This document shows, piece by piece, positions 34,301 to 46,542 of a stretch of DNA of 47,342 nucleotides. Origin of the DNA: Macrostomum lignano (Eukaryota); NCBI GenBank assembly GCA_002269645.1, contig NIVC01004395.1, forward strand, positions 1 to 47,342, in the 5' to 3' direction. The translations under genes were made by a program, and so were the position numbers. Below the pieces are notes generated by a model. That model made no database searches, was not told the DNA's origin, and worked only from the letters and a program-made list of their open reading frames with translations. The first letter of the stretch is position 1, and every line of letters starts with the position of its first letter.

Positions 34301-36246
34301 CCCGTCGCCGTCTCTGGCGTAGATGCTGAGGCTCTTATTCTGTAAGTAAACAATGTTGGCCTGGTGACCTGCTCGGCAGGCGAAGTGCAGGCAGGTTGCA
34401 CCCTTAAAGGGACCCCTCTCGACTTTCTTGCTCCGCAGTTCGGCTTTCTTCACTCCAGCAATCTTAGAAAGGGGTGTCATCAGTGCCCTCAGGTTGTACC
34501 TGCAAGCGAACTCGTGAACTACGTGAACGCCGTCCTTGCTGAGAAAAACTTCTTTCAGTTTTTCTTCCCAGTTATGTTTTTTGCATCATTTAATATTTCA
34601 ATAAGAATTTCTTCTTTTACCTGGGAGCAGTGAAGAAAGTTTTTTCCCATATTATTTTCCCGCTTAATGCTACCAGTCATTTTTTCAGCTAAGAAGTTTA
34701 GAGCTTGAAAAAAGTTGTCGGAGGAATGTTTCTCATCGGTTTCGGGATTCAAAAACAGGGCGTGCAAAAGACTGTTTCCATCGGTATCGGCTTCTGTGAA
34801 AGCATCAGGTTTCTCTAATTCAACATTAAAAAAGAAGAAATTCCAGCTCATGCAGGCGTAGAAAAGCATGTTTCTGCTTCTGCTGTCGCGCTCACCAAGG
34901 ACTCTCCCCAAATCAAAGAGGGGAAGTTTCTCCTTCAGAATCTGAAATAGTTCATCTTTGCTACTGGCAGCAAGGAAAAAAACGGTTTTGCCATCGACAT
35001 TGCTTTTGTCTTTAATTTGTTTGATGCATTCATCATTTTCACGAGCTTTAAGCATCAGCTCCAATATCTTGCCGAATGTTTGTACTTTTTTGTACATCGC
35101 GGCAAAGTGCAGGTAACTGTTCTTATACTTATCGGTGTGCGTAAAAAGCTGATCTATATTGTATTTCGCGAATTCCTCTACCATCTGTTCAGCCGTGCTG
35201 TCTGGGCTGTACTCGATGACTGCCTGCAGCACTGTCTGATTCATTGAGTTCCTCCAGTTAAGACATTCTTGGCCAAACAGCTGTTCCACTTCCAGGAACA
35301 CTGCGCCCTTATCGCAGCTCGGATTCCGGTTCCTAGAGGCGCAGTGGGCCAGCGTGTTTCCGTCGGAGTCTTTCAGATTTTTCATTTTCTCGATGGCCCC
35401 CTGCCGTGCCTTCCATTTTCGTGCCCTTTTGTTTGCGCTCGCACTTGTTTCGTCTTCTTCATCTTGTTGATGGTCATTGCTCTCATCTCTCAGGCTCAGT
35501 GGAATGAAGTGATTTATCCCCTGGCTAAGGAGATACTTTACAGTTTCGGCACTGCAGTGCTCAACTGCCTCATGAAGCACCGTGCTGCCTCTGTTGTTTT
35601 GCCATAGCAACCGATCGGACTTGTTGCCGTGGAGCACCGATTTGATGAATTTTTCATCGCTAGTATTTCTAGCAGCAAAGTGGGCCAGCGTGTCTCCCAC
35701 TTTATTCCGATAATTTGAGCTCCGCAACTCCTGTTCCGCACCTAGAAACAGATCACTAAACTGCTGCAGTGAATAGTTCTGAGCAGCATAGTGAAGTGGA
35801 GCTACCGAGTTGCAGTCCTCATGCCTCAGACAGGAAGTACCCAATCTCTGTACTAATTTCTTGAGCAGTTCTGCTCCTTCAGGACTCATTCCGGCATAGT
35901 GAGCGGCAGTTCTCTGGTGCTTGTCTCGCTGCAGTTGAAGCTGTCGATCGGGCACGCCTCCAACAAATTCAATCGCTTGTTTAAACTGTCCCTCAATTGC
36001 AAACGCCAGCAGATTTCCCATAAATTTGTGATCCAGAGGCTTCGTGTCCGGCAGCTTATCATCATCCACATCGTCATCAGAGTCTGGATCATCCTCTTCT
36101 GTCATCATCAGTATGTCAGGCCACTCGGTCGGGTCAAATCCGTCAAACGTAGCGTGCCTGTCGGCTGAGACTGTTGGCTGGTCTGAGACTGATCTGCCTG
36201 AATCCTCACTGCCCTGCTCATGGGCAGCAGAGTGAGCAGTAGCCAT
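31367..36246 (-). CDS. Ankyrin-repeat TRP-family cation channel with a TRPM-type membrane module; as assembled, interrupted by 3 frameshifts (near 34580, 34063, 33610); one intron at 32440-32315
   Basis: About 13-14 ankyrin repeats; MHR4-like LKRLKSKVVSIAVNTLDELY..TILELVEIAECEDLYATDCIYKLAEEEW; six TM segments with WRNVYNVFD, KDLLPFLAIIAIVFLSFG..LLFP, MPFDLLFTNYD, NIVMVNLLIALFS; TRP box IWRQGYFELIRAYQRR; coiled coil. Could be a pseudogene. Confidence 0.85.
31410..32050. repeat. 45-bp minisatellite, about 14 copies, in or at the last exon of the TRP gene
   Basis: Unit ctgcagttctctgctggctctgttgttggtcagcacgtctcactc; reads QQQSQQRTAGVSSAD in the channel frame. Confidence 0.95.
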
Positions 36247-36273
36247 GGAGACCGGTTAAGAACTAGCTATTTC

Positions 36274-36467
36274 CTGTTCAAAAAAAGTTTCAGAATTATA
36301 TTAGCTGCCTGTTTTTTCTATAATGCATAATTGAAAATTAAGTAAAGTGGCGAAACAGCTGCATGGCCTACTGAAACACCGCTCCCCTGATCCATTTTCT
36401 AGTATATCAAGTCTCAAGTCTCAAGCGTAGCTAAGTTGCGTCACTCGCAAAGATTGAGAGATTTTAC
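36274..36467 (-). other. Putative 5'-UTR intron of the TRP gene
   Basis: Donor gcag|GTAAAA at 36467; acceptor tttttttgaacag at 36274, 27 nt upstream of the ATG. Confidence 0.5.
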
Positions 36468-37183
36468 CTGCACTCTCAAATGTGGCGACCACGGACGGAA
36501 TCTTCTGTGATGGCGACTTTTTGATGTTGCTGAGACTCTCAATCTTTGCGATTGACGCAGCTCAGCTACACCGCGGCAGACTTGAGTTGACGAATGAAGT
36601 GCAGAGGAGCGGTGTGCGAGGTTGGGCGGATTAAAGCTACCCCGATCAGTTTTCTCGTATCTTTCATTTCAGAATAGTCCAAGAGAAATTGCTCACTGTC
36701 GCACAGAGTGGCGACTTTTCAATGTTGCTGAGTATTTTTTTCCACTTTTAAATTTGATTTGATTTGACGAAGAGATGGGGTGGGTGAATTGATCGGTCAC
36801 TTGGACAAAGAGTATGGTGTACATTGATTACGCGTGGCGAGGGACAGTTGAATTGACAATCAGATAAGATAATTGGCGAAGTCTACCGGATAACTGAATC
36901 ATAGATTTTTAATTACGAGCGTAGTTTAATAATATAATCATCATATATCATAATCATATCATAATGCTCTCATCAATTTAGAAAAATCTGCTGGTGGAGT
37001 CGCTGAGAATGGTGTAACAACTATATGGCAGTTTTGACTTGTCATTGTGTCTTGGTAAAAGTTCTTTACATTCATTGTAATCTACTCTCGCCTAAACCAT
37101 AACTATTGACTAAAGGATATTCGATGTTGACTTAAAAAATACGTACACTGCCTTGAGTATTAATTGGTACCGCAAATTCTGAG

Positions 37184-37658
37184 GGGTCGCTTTCATAAGA
37201 CCGAAATTTCACAACGCCGAAAACTCAAAATGCAAGGCCCTTAACAAGACCGAAACTTCATAAGACCGAAATTTCACAACGCCTAAAACTACTGCACGAT
37301 CTTTCACAAGACCGAAACTTCATAAGACCGAAATTTCACAACGCCTAAAACTACTGCACGATCCTTCACAAGACCGAAACTTCATAAGACCGAAATTTCA
37401 CAACGCCTAAAACTACTGCACGATCCTTCACAAGACCGAAACTTCATAAGACCGAAATTTCACAACGCCGAAAACTCCTGCACGATCCTTCACAAGACCG
37501 AAACTTCATAAGACCGAAATTTCACAACGCCGAAAACTCAAAATGCAGGGCCCTTCACAAGACCGAGGCGTTGTGAAATTTCGGTCTTATGAAGTTTCGA
37601 TCTTGTGAAGGATGGTGTTTCGGCGTTGTGAAATTTCGGTCTTATGAACCCCCCCCCC
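37184..37658. mobile_element. Non-autonomous DNA transposon with GG termini, 8-bp TSD (Merlin/Mutator-like) and ~60-bp internal tandem units
   Basis: TSD attctgag at 37176-37183 and 37659-37666. Inverted subterminal blocks ttcataagaccgaaatttcacaacgcc, many on the left and two on the right. Confidence 0.8.
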
Positions 37659-38124
37659 ATTCTGAGATGTCAGCCTCACACTCATTATATAGCACTTTTA
37701 GAGACCAGTTAAGTGTGTTTTAAATTTTCTTCAGTCATGTGAGCAGAAAATAACAGGAAAATGAAACCTGTTGCAAAAATAATTAAGCAAAGAAGATAGT
37801 GAGCCCAACCTGCAGGCGCGAACAATAGAAAAAAAGAAAGCGAGAGCTTTGAGCTTGCTTGAGTTCGAAGCCGCGCGCCCTATTCTAACCTTTAACCACC
37901 CCGTTTGCCCAAGACTCCTGTGTTTTTTGACAAGAAATGCACTCAGCAGAAACACTATAAGTAATGCTCACAGCGGTTTGACAATTTTCAGTCTCAAGTT
38001 TCATATTTCGGTGACTATAGGGCCATCTAATGCGAGGCGAGTATCTTGCTACTGCTATGGCTATAGTAAGTAGTATATAGTTGCCGGCAGGAATGAAAAA
38101 AAACTGTTTCATGGTTTAAATGTT

Positions 38125-39390
38125 AATGTACAGCACATGTACCTCTGTAGTATAGCCATGGTGTAGAGTACATGTGCCAATGTAGTATAGCCATGGTGTA
38201 GTGTACATGTACCTCTGTAGTATAGCCATGGTGTAGTGTACATGTGCCAACGTAGTGTAGCCATGGTGTAGAGTACATGTGCCATTGTAGTATAGCCATG
38301 GTGTAGTGTACATGTGCCAATGTTGTGTAGCCATGGTGTAGAGTACATGTGCCATTGTAGTGTAGCTATGGTGTAGTGTACATGTGCCAATGTAGTGTAG
38401 CTATGGTGTAGTGTACATGTGCCAATGTAGTGTAGCCATTGTGTAGTGTACATGTGCCAATGTAGTGTAGCCATTGTGTAGTGTACATGTGCCAATGTAG
38501 TGTAGCCATTGTGTAGTGTACATGTGCCATTGTAGTGTAGCTATGGTGTAGTGTACATGTGCCAATGTAGTGTAGCCATGGTGTAGTGTACATGTGCCAT
38601 TGTAGTGTAGCCATTGTGTAGTGTACATGTGCCATTGTAGTGTAGCTATGGTGTAGTGTACATGTGCCATTGTAGTGTAGCCATTGTGTAGTGTACATGT
38701 GCCATTGTAGTGTAGCTATGGTGTAGTGTACATGTGCCATTGTAGTGTAGCCATTGTGTAGTGTACATGTGCCATTGTAGTGTAGCTATGGTGTAGTGTA
38801 CATGTGCCATTGTAGTGTAGCCATTGTGTAGTGTACATGTGCCATTGTAGTGTAGCTATGGTGTAGTGTACATGTGCCATTGTAGTGTAGCTATGGTGTA
38901 GTGTACATGTGCCAATGTAGTGTAGCCATGGTGTAGTGTACATGTGCCATATATTGTAGTGTAGCCATTGTGTAGTGTACATGTGCCATTGTAGTGTAGC
39001 TATGGTGTAGTGTACATGTGCCATTGTAGTGTAGCCATTGTGTAGTGTACATGTGCCATATATTGTAGTGTAGCCATGGTGTAGTGTACATGTGCCATAT
39101 ATTGTAGTGTAGCCATGGTGTAGTGTACATGTGCCATATATTGTAGTGTAGCCATGGTGTAGTGTACATGTGCCATTGTAGTGTAGCCATTGTGTAGTGT
39201 ACATGTGCCATTGTAGTGTAGCTATGGTGTAGTGTACATGTGCCAATGTAGTGTAGCCATGGTGTAGTGTACATGTGCCATATATTGTAGTGTAGCCATG
39301 GTGTAGTGTACATGTGCCATATATTGTAGTGTAGCCATGGTGTAGTGTACATGTGCCATATATTGTAGTGTAGCCATGGTGTAGTGTACA
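38125..39390. repeat. 35-bp minisatellite with a 39-bp variant, about 35 copies
   Basis: Unit gtgtagtgtacatgtgccattgtagtgtagccatg. Confidence 0.97.
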
Positions 39391-39959
39391 GGTTAATTAG
39401 GGTAAAAAGGGTTTGACTCAAGGGGCTAAGGTTTAGGGTATATGGTTTAGTCATGGCTCAAGGAGTTGTTGAAAAGCCAGCTCATCTTTCAGAAAAATAG
39501 CTAACGATGCAGACTTGCAGAAAGCAATGATGGATAAAGAAAATGTTCCTATAGCTTAGAGAGTAAAACTGCAACGCTTACCTTTGATCGAAATTGCTCC
39601 CGTAGTTCCAGAAAGCGAAACTGGAGACTCATTTTTAGGAGCATAATTATAAAGAGTGCTAGATCTTTTTGCAATATAATTTTCAACCAATAAAATCTGT
39701 GCCTGCACAATATCTAAGAGAATAGGGTAGAGTGATGCATTTTTGCATCGAGTTTAACAGAATAACTGAGAAGAAGCTGCATAAAATAGAATGGAGAGGA
39801 CCGTGACCCCTGTTAAACAGTTTCAGTAAGTACTGTAAGTAGTGTGGGTTGGCAGGCCCTGACGAACACTGGAGATAGGAGGGCAGAAAGTGACAGAGGG
39901 CCAGTGGAGGTGAGATGGTGGGACGGCAATGGTGAGGCAACAACAATCTATCTTGTTGT

Positions 39960-40884
<925 letters not shown>

Positions 40885-41271
40885 CCCTTTTATCCCTTTA
40901 TATAAGGGATAAGATATTTCCCTGACAGTCCCTTTATAAGCTTGAGCAAAAGAATAGACGACTCATCAACACCCCCCTCTATTGGTCTATACCCTGCCGC
41001 ATTAACCTTGATTTGCGGCACAAATGCCCGATGCACACCGCCCCTCCCTGCAAGCTGAACTAACTGAGCTACCATAGACTAAAACTCCCATCTCGCTTCA
41101 AACCTGTGATAGTAAAAGAATAAGACTTTGTAGCAAGAAGCAGTTACTAACTTGCTAATTGCTTTTTAAAAGAGCTTCTACAGATCTTTGGCGTACTGCT
41201 TTGTCATCAGCCGGTCTGTCCAATTCGACTTGAGCCTTGATTAATTTCGAATCTCAACAACTCAAAACGCC

Positions 41272-44200
41272 ATGGCCAACGAGAAACGCGTCAGCTCCTT
41301 GATAGCTTTGGAGGAGTTGCAGAAATCTAGCGACATGCAGGAAATGACTCAACGAATGGAGGCCCAGAAAAACATGGAGATCGTGCGGTCCAAGGCTACG
41401 GATGTGCTAAGTCTGGTGGCTCTGTCACCAGAGTTCAATCAGTTGTTCTTAGTGCAATCCGTTGAGGACATGAGCGCCTTTGTGTTCAGTTATAAGAGCG
41501 ATAGAACTATCATTATTGACATGCTGGCAAGGTGAGTTTATCGTACAGGTATTAAAATCCGTTTAACCGTTAGATTGTTTCACGAGTTAGACAACCCAGA
41601 TGACCTGTTAGACACACCAGTTCACTCGTTAGACACACAAGTTCACCTGTTAGACACACCATTTCACCTGTTAGACACACCAGTTCACTCGTTAGACACA
41701 CAAGTTCACCTGTTAGACACACCAGTTCACTCGTTAGACACACAAGTTCACCTGTTAGACACACCATTTCACCTGTTACACACACAAGTTCACCTGTTAG
41801 ACACACACAAGTTCACCTGTTAGACACACAAGTTCACCTGTTATGCACACACAAGTTCACCTGTTAAACACACCATTTCACCTGTTACACACACCATTTC
41901 ACCTGTTAGACATACCATTTCACATGTTACACACAATTTCACCTGTTAGACACACCATTTCACCTGTTACACACACAATTTCACCTGTTAGACACACCAT
42001 TTCAGCTGTTAGACACACACAAGTTCACCTGTTAGACACACCATTTCACCTGTTACACACACTATTTCACCTGTTACACACACCAGTTCACCTGTTAGGC
42101 ACACCATTTCACCTGTTACACACACTAGTTCACCTGTTTGACACACCAGTTCACCTGTTAGACACACCAGCTCACCCGTTACACACATAATTTCGACACC
42201 TGTTAGACACATAACTTTATCCGTTAGACAGACCTGTTCACGAGTAGATCAAGTTCACCAGTTCCAAATCCCCAATCCCCACCCGCAGATGCCCTCGCGA
42301 ACAGATCGCCAATTTCGAGACCTACAAATTCGCTTCCCACCCGGAGTTCGAGAAGAAGATCAGTCAGTACACGCGAACCGCTGAGAAGCCGAACAACCAG
42401 TTAGCTAAATGCCGGCCCTGGGACGTTGCCCTCTGTGTGATACTGAAGATCGAAGCCCTCGACAGTGAGGCAATGCAGCAGCCCCACATGAGGCTGCTAT
42501 TCCGAGAGAATCTCATCATTAAGCACCTGTGGGACAATTTCATGCGAGAAACAATGGAACTAGACGAGATGACAGGAATTCCTATTGTGTTTAAATACGA
42601 CGAAGTGTCAAATCCGACTTTTAACTACGATCTGGCCGAGTACAAAGTCTACGATGTCTATGGCAATTTAGTGCCGTGGAAATCCGAGAGCCGGAGCACT
42701 CTGTCCTACCTGTGCATGGAGCAGTTGGGCCCAAATCTGCAGTACCTCACGGAAGTCATGGTGTCCGGGAAACGACGCGGATATGTGTTCGATGTGGACA
42801 CCGCTTTGAAGATTTTTGATCAGCTGCTGTGCCGCTGTTTGCAGGTTAAATACGAACTGCAACTTACTGATGACTATCCTCATCCTGTCACATCCTTATC
42901 CTGTCACATCCTTATCCTGTCACATCCTCATCCTGTCACATCCTCATCCTGTCACATCCTTATCCTGTCACATCCTTATCCTGTCACATCCTCATCCTGT
43001 CACAGCCTTATCCTGTCACATCCTCATCCTGTCACAGCCTTATCCTGTCACATCCTCATCCTGTCACATCCTCATCCTGTCACATCCTCATCCTGTCACA
43101 TCCTCATCCTGTCACATCCTCATCTTGTCACATCCTTATCCTGTCACATCCTTATCCTGTCACATCCTTATCCTGTCACATCCTTATCCTGTCACAACCT
43201 CAGCTTGTCACATCCTTATCCTGTCACATCCTTATCCTGTCACATCCTTATCCTGTCACATCCTCATCCTGTCATAGCCGTATCCTGTCACATCCTTATC
43301 CTGTCACATCCTTATCCTGTCACAACCTTATCCTGTCACATCCTTTTTCTGTCACATCCTTATCCTGTCACATCCTGACCCTGCCAAATCCTTATCCTCT
43401 CTCACATTTTTATTCCGTCCCATTCTTATCCTCTCACATCTTTATCCTGTCACATCCTAATTCTGTCACATTCTTATTCTGTCACATCTTTATCTTGTCA
43501 CATCCTTATTCTGTCACATCCATATTCTGTTACATTCTTATCCTGTCACATCTTGATCCTGTCACATCTTTATTCTGTCACATCCTAATCCTGTCACATC
43601 CTTATCCTTTCACATCCTGAACCTGTCAAATCCTTATCCTCTCACATTTTTATTCCATCCCATCCTTATTCTGTCACATCCTAATCTTGTCACATCCTAA
43701 TCCTGTCACATCCAAATCCTGTCACATCCTAATCCGATCACATCCTTATCCTGTCCCATTTTTCCTTCGCATACTTACCTTTCACAACCCAACCAAGATG
43801 TAAATAATCAAAATTGTTGTTACGTCCCCAAATACCGCCTCAGATTCACAGATTCGGCGTAACTCACAACGCCATTGAGCCGCACAATCTCTACTTCGGT
43901 CGCAGCATCGCTTTCAATGTTCTCTACATTGCGAATTTCAACGTGGCCACGCTGTTCGATCCCAAAGATCCCAATAATATGCGCAAGAGCGGCTCGGATA
44001 GCGAGCTGTACGGTCACCTGAGATTTGCATCGCACATCAGGATGAAGGGAGGTCAGGCTCACCCGGTGCATGACCTTGAGTCCGCTTTCTACACCTTAGT
44101 GGCCCTGCTAACCAACAACTTGCCTTGGGACTCATGTCTAAGCACTGGCGGCTCTAGTAGCAAGGTTGGTTTTAGCGTGGGTTAGTTGTTGTTATCTTGT

Positions 44201-45248
44201 TTGTTTGCTGGTTTGCTGGTTGTGTTGTTTGCCAGTTTGGTTGTTTGTTTGTTACAAAGCAATCACACAACCAATCAAACTGTCCCTCAGACGGGCGCCG
44301 CAGGCCGCGGCTCAGTCGTTGACAACATCAACCTGTCCAACACGGTCAGCAACCAGTCGGACATCACTAAATCGATCGAACGAAACAGCATGATGCAGAA
44401 ATTGCGCGAATTTAAAACCAATTTTTGGAAGTCTAATAACGGCATTGCACGCGTGCTGGCCGACTTGCAATACATGGCTTTTGGAGTTGACAGGTGGGGT
44501 TGCATTTTTCTCATAGTTTTGTTTATTTATCGCGTAGCATCTTATTACATGACCACCAGGTCATTGCATTCTTTAAGCATCAGATCATGACATTCCTTAA
44601 GCATCAGATCATGACATTCCTTAAGCATCAGATCATGACATTCCTTAAGCATCAGATCATGACATTCCTTAAGCATCAGATTATGGCATTCCTTAAGAAT
44701 CAGATCATGACATTCCTTAAGAATCAGATCATGACATTCCTTAAGCATCAGATCATGACATTCCTTAAGCATCAGATAATGAAATTCCTTAAGCGTCAGA
44801 TCATGACATTCCTTAAGCATCAGATCATGACATTCCTTAAGCGTTAGATCATGACATTCCTTAAGCATCAGATCATGACATTCTTTGAGCATCAGATCAT
44901 GACATTCCTTAAGCATCAGGTCATAACAGTTCGTAATTCGTCGCTTAATAAAGTTAAACCCAATTCGTACTCAGGCATCGCGTCTCACTAACCGTGGAGA
45001 TCATCAAAGATTTGTACGCGAAAATTCGCGACCTGATAAACACTGTGGGCAGCGACTCGCCGCAGGCAAGTTTCTTCAGCAACTTGCTTCTGCAGCACAC
45101 CACCGAGTACCAGACCTACACTGACCTCAGACGAACCGTGCTCATGATGTACCGCTTCGAGTCAATCAGCGCTTTCATCAATACGCCAACTTATCAAAGA
45201 AAATCGAATCACTCGCGCACGACGAAGTTGACGTCAACGTTCGCCTAG
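41272..45248 (+). CDS. Casein kinase 1/TTBK-family kinase-like protein, probable pseudokinase; exons 41272-41531, 42289-42844, 43844-44164, 44291-44493, 44975-45248; about 537 aa
   Basis: VILKIE, LCMEQLGPNLQYL, TALKIFDQLLCRCLQIH, YGHLRFAS, HDLESAFYTLVALLTNNLPW fit CK1-family subdomains. Catalytic loop reads HNAIEPHN and DFG reads NFN. Splice phases are consistent (2,0,0,2). Confidence 0.8.
41590..42230. repeat. ~21-bp minisatellite in pseudokinase intron 1
   Basis: Unit cacctgttagacacaccattt, with variants. Confidence 0.95.
42875..43760. repeat. 16-bp minisatellite in pseudokinase intron 2
   Basis: Unit atcctgtcacatcct(t/c). Confidence 0.95.
44575..44920. repeat. 24-bp minisatellite, about 14 copies, in pseudokinase intron 4
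   Basis: Unit ttccttaagcatcagatcatgaca. Confidence 0.95.
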
Positions 45249-46542
45249 CTTGGAATCTCACCAACTGGTGCTTCAACGGCGTGGAAGTCAACGTTCTGGC
45301 TAACAACACCACCAGCGTTGTGAAGAGTACAGCTAAAAATGTGGTTGCTAGAACGGTTGAATAAGAATTGCAACCAGCCTACCTGACCAGCTTCGCTTAA
45401 ATTTTCAGTTTTGAAATACGCATTTTGACGCACAATTTTATTCGACAGAAAAAATGCTCAAAACTTGCGACGACGTTTTTTTCTTCAAATGCAGTTTTTT
45501 TCGGTTTTGGGTTTGGATTTTTTATTCTTGTCTACTTGTGGATGTCAAGAAACAAAATAAAGGAAAAAACGACAATATTTTGATTTTTTGCATTATTGGA
45601 ATCGGCTCTATTCAATGGACTTTGACTTAACTAAGCAATAACTTTTCTTGTAACAACTATCAAGTCAGGAATCCGAGTACCGACTTAATCTCGACTGGTC
45701 CCGACTGGACAAAAGTCTCGTATCGAACGTTTTCTAAAAATACGACTCTTCAGATAGTCTGTACATTTATAAAGCAAGCCAGGACGGCAGTAAAGAAGAC
45801 TCTGGATTGCCCTATGGAATGTATACTTGAGGATGTCATGATCTGATGCTAATGAATGCCATGATCTGGTGCTTAGGTATGCTTAAGGAAGATAACAGCA
45901 ATCCCTAAAGTAACTTTTGTAGCTATTATAATTTAGTAAACTAAAGACTACCATACCTATATGGTAATAGTAGTCAGAAAATGTCTGCCATTCATATTAC
46001 ATACAATTTTAAGTGTACAACCACAATGGTCATATCAAGTTAGTCTCATTCATTGTTTAGACACGAGGGCTCAGGTTAAATTTCGAGTCGATTGCGAGCA
46101 CGTACATTGCTGTGTCTACGAGTAAGATAGAGATGGCTGGCCGAAAGAAAATCCACGAACAATAGGTAGTTGCACAGGGAGGGGTATGCAGACTCTGCGA
46201 TGACGTGTCTCTAATAAGCACGTGCGCCGGCCGAACTCAAAAAGCCCGAGAGAGAGAGAAAGACGCAAGAGACAGAGCAGAGAGATTTAGTGTGAGGCTT
46301 ATGCAGAGTACGGAGATACGAATGCAAATACTGAAGATTGGCAGTGTGCTGGTTTAGCATAGCATGAGGTAAGTTGGGGAATAAATCTCCATTTGAAACA
46401 TTACCAATTGAATCAATAACAGAAATATTTGTTAAACTAAACGACCAGGTTACCCAGCCGGTGTAAAGCGTATTTGTTAAAATCGAGAGCTCGTTATCTA
46501 CTCACTGTGCCAGACTCGATTCTGACTCGCACAGCTGACCGA

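Noticed and set aside
35017-36235. Antisense and alternate-frame ORFs over the TRP, GTPBP2, kintoun and ankyrin exons
   Set aside because: Shadows of real coding sequence with no independent motifs
37184-37658. CRISPR-like repeat-spacer appearance
   Set aside because: Spacers are near-identical, the array has TIRs and a TSD, the context is eukaryotic and no cas genes are present
39470-39660. Short exon-like stretches on both strands (e.g. MLLKMSLQFRFLELREQFRSK|gtaag on the minus strand)
   Set aside because: No partner exon or homology could be identified, so not supportable
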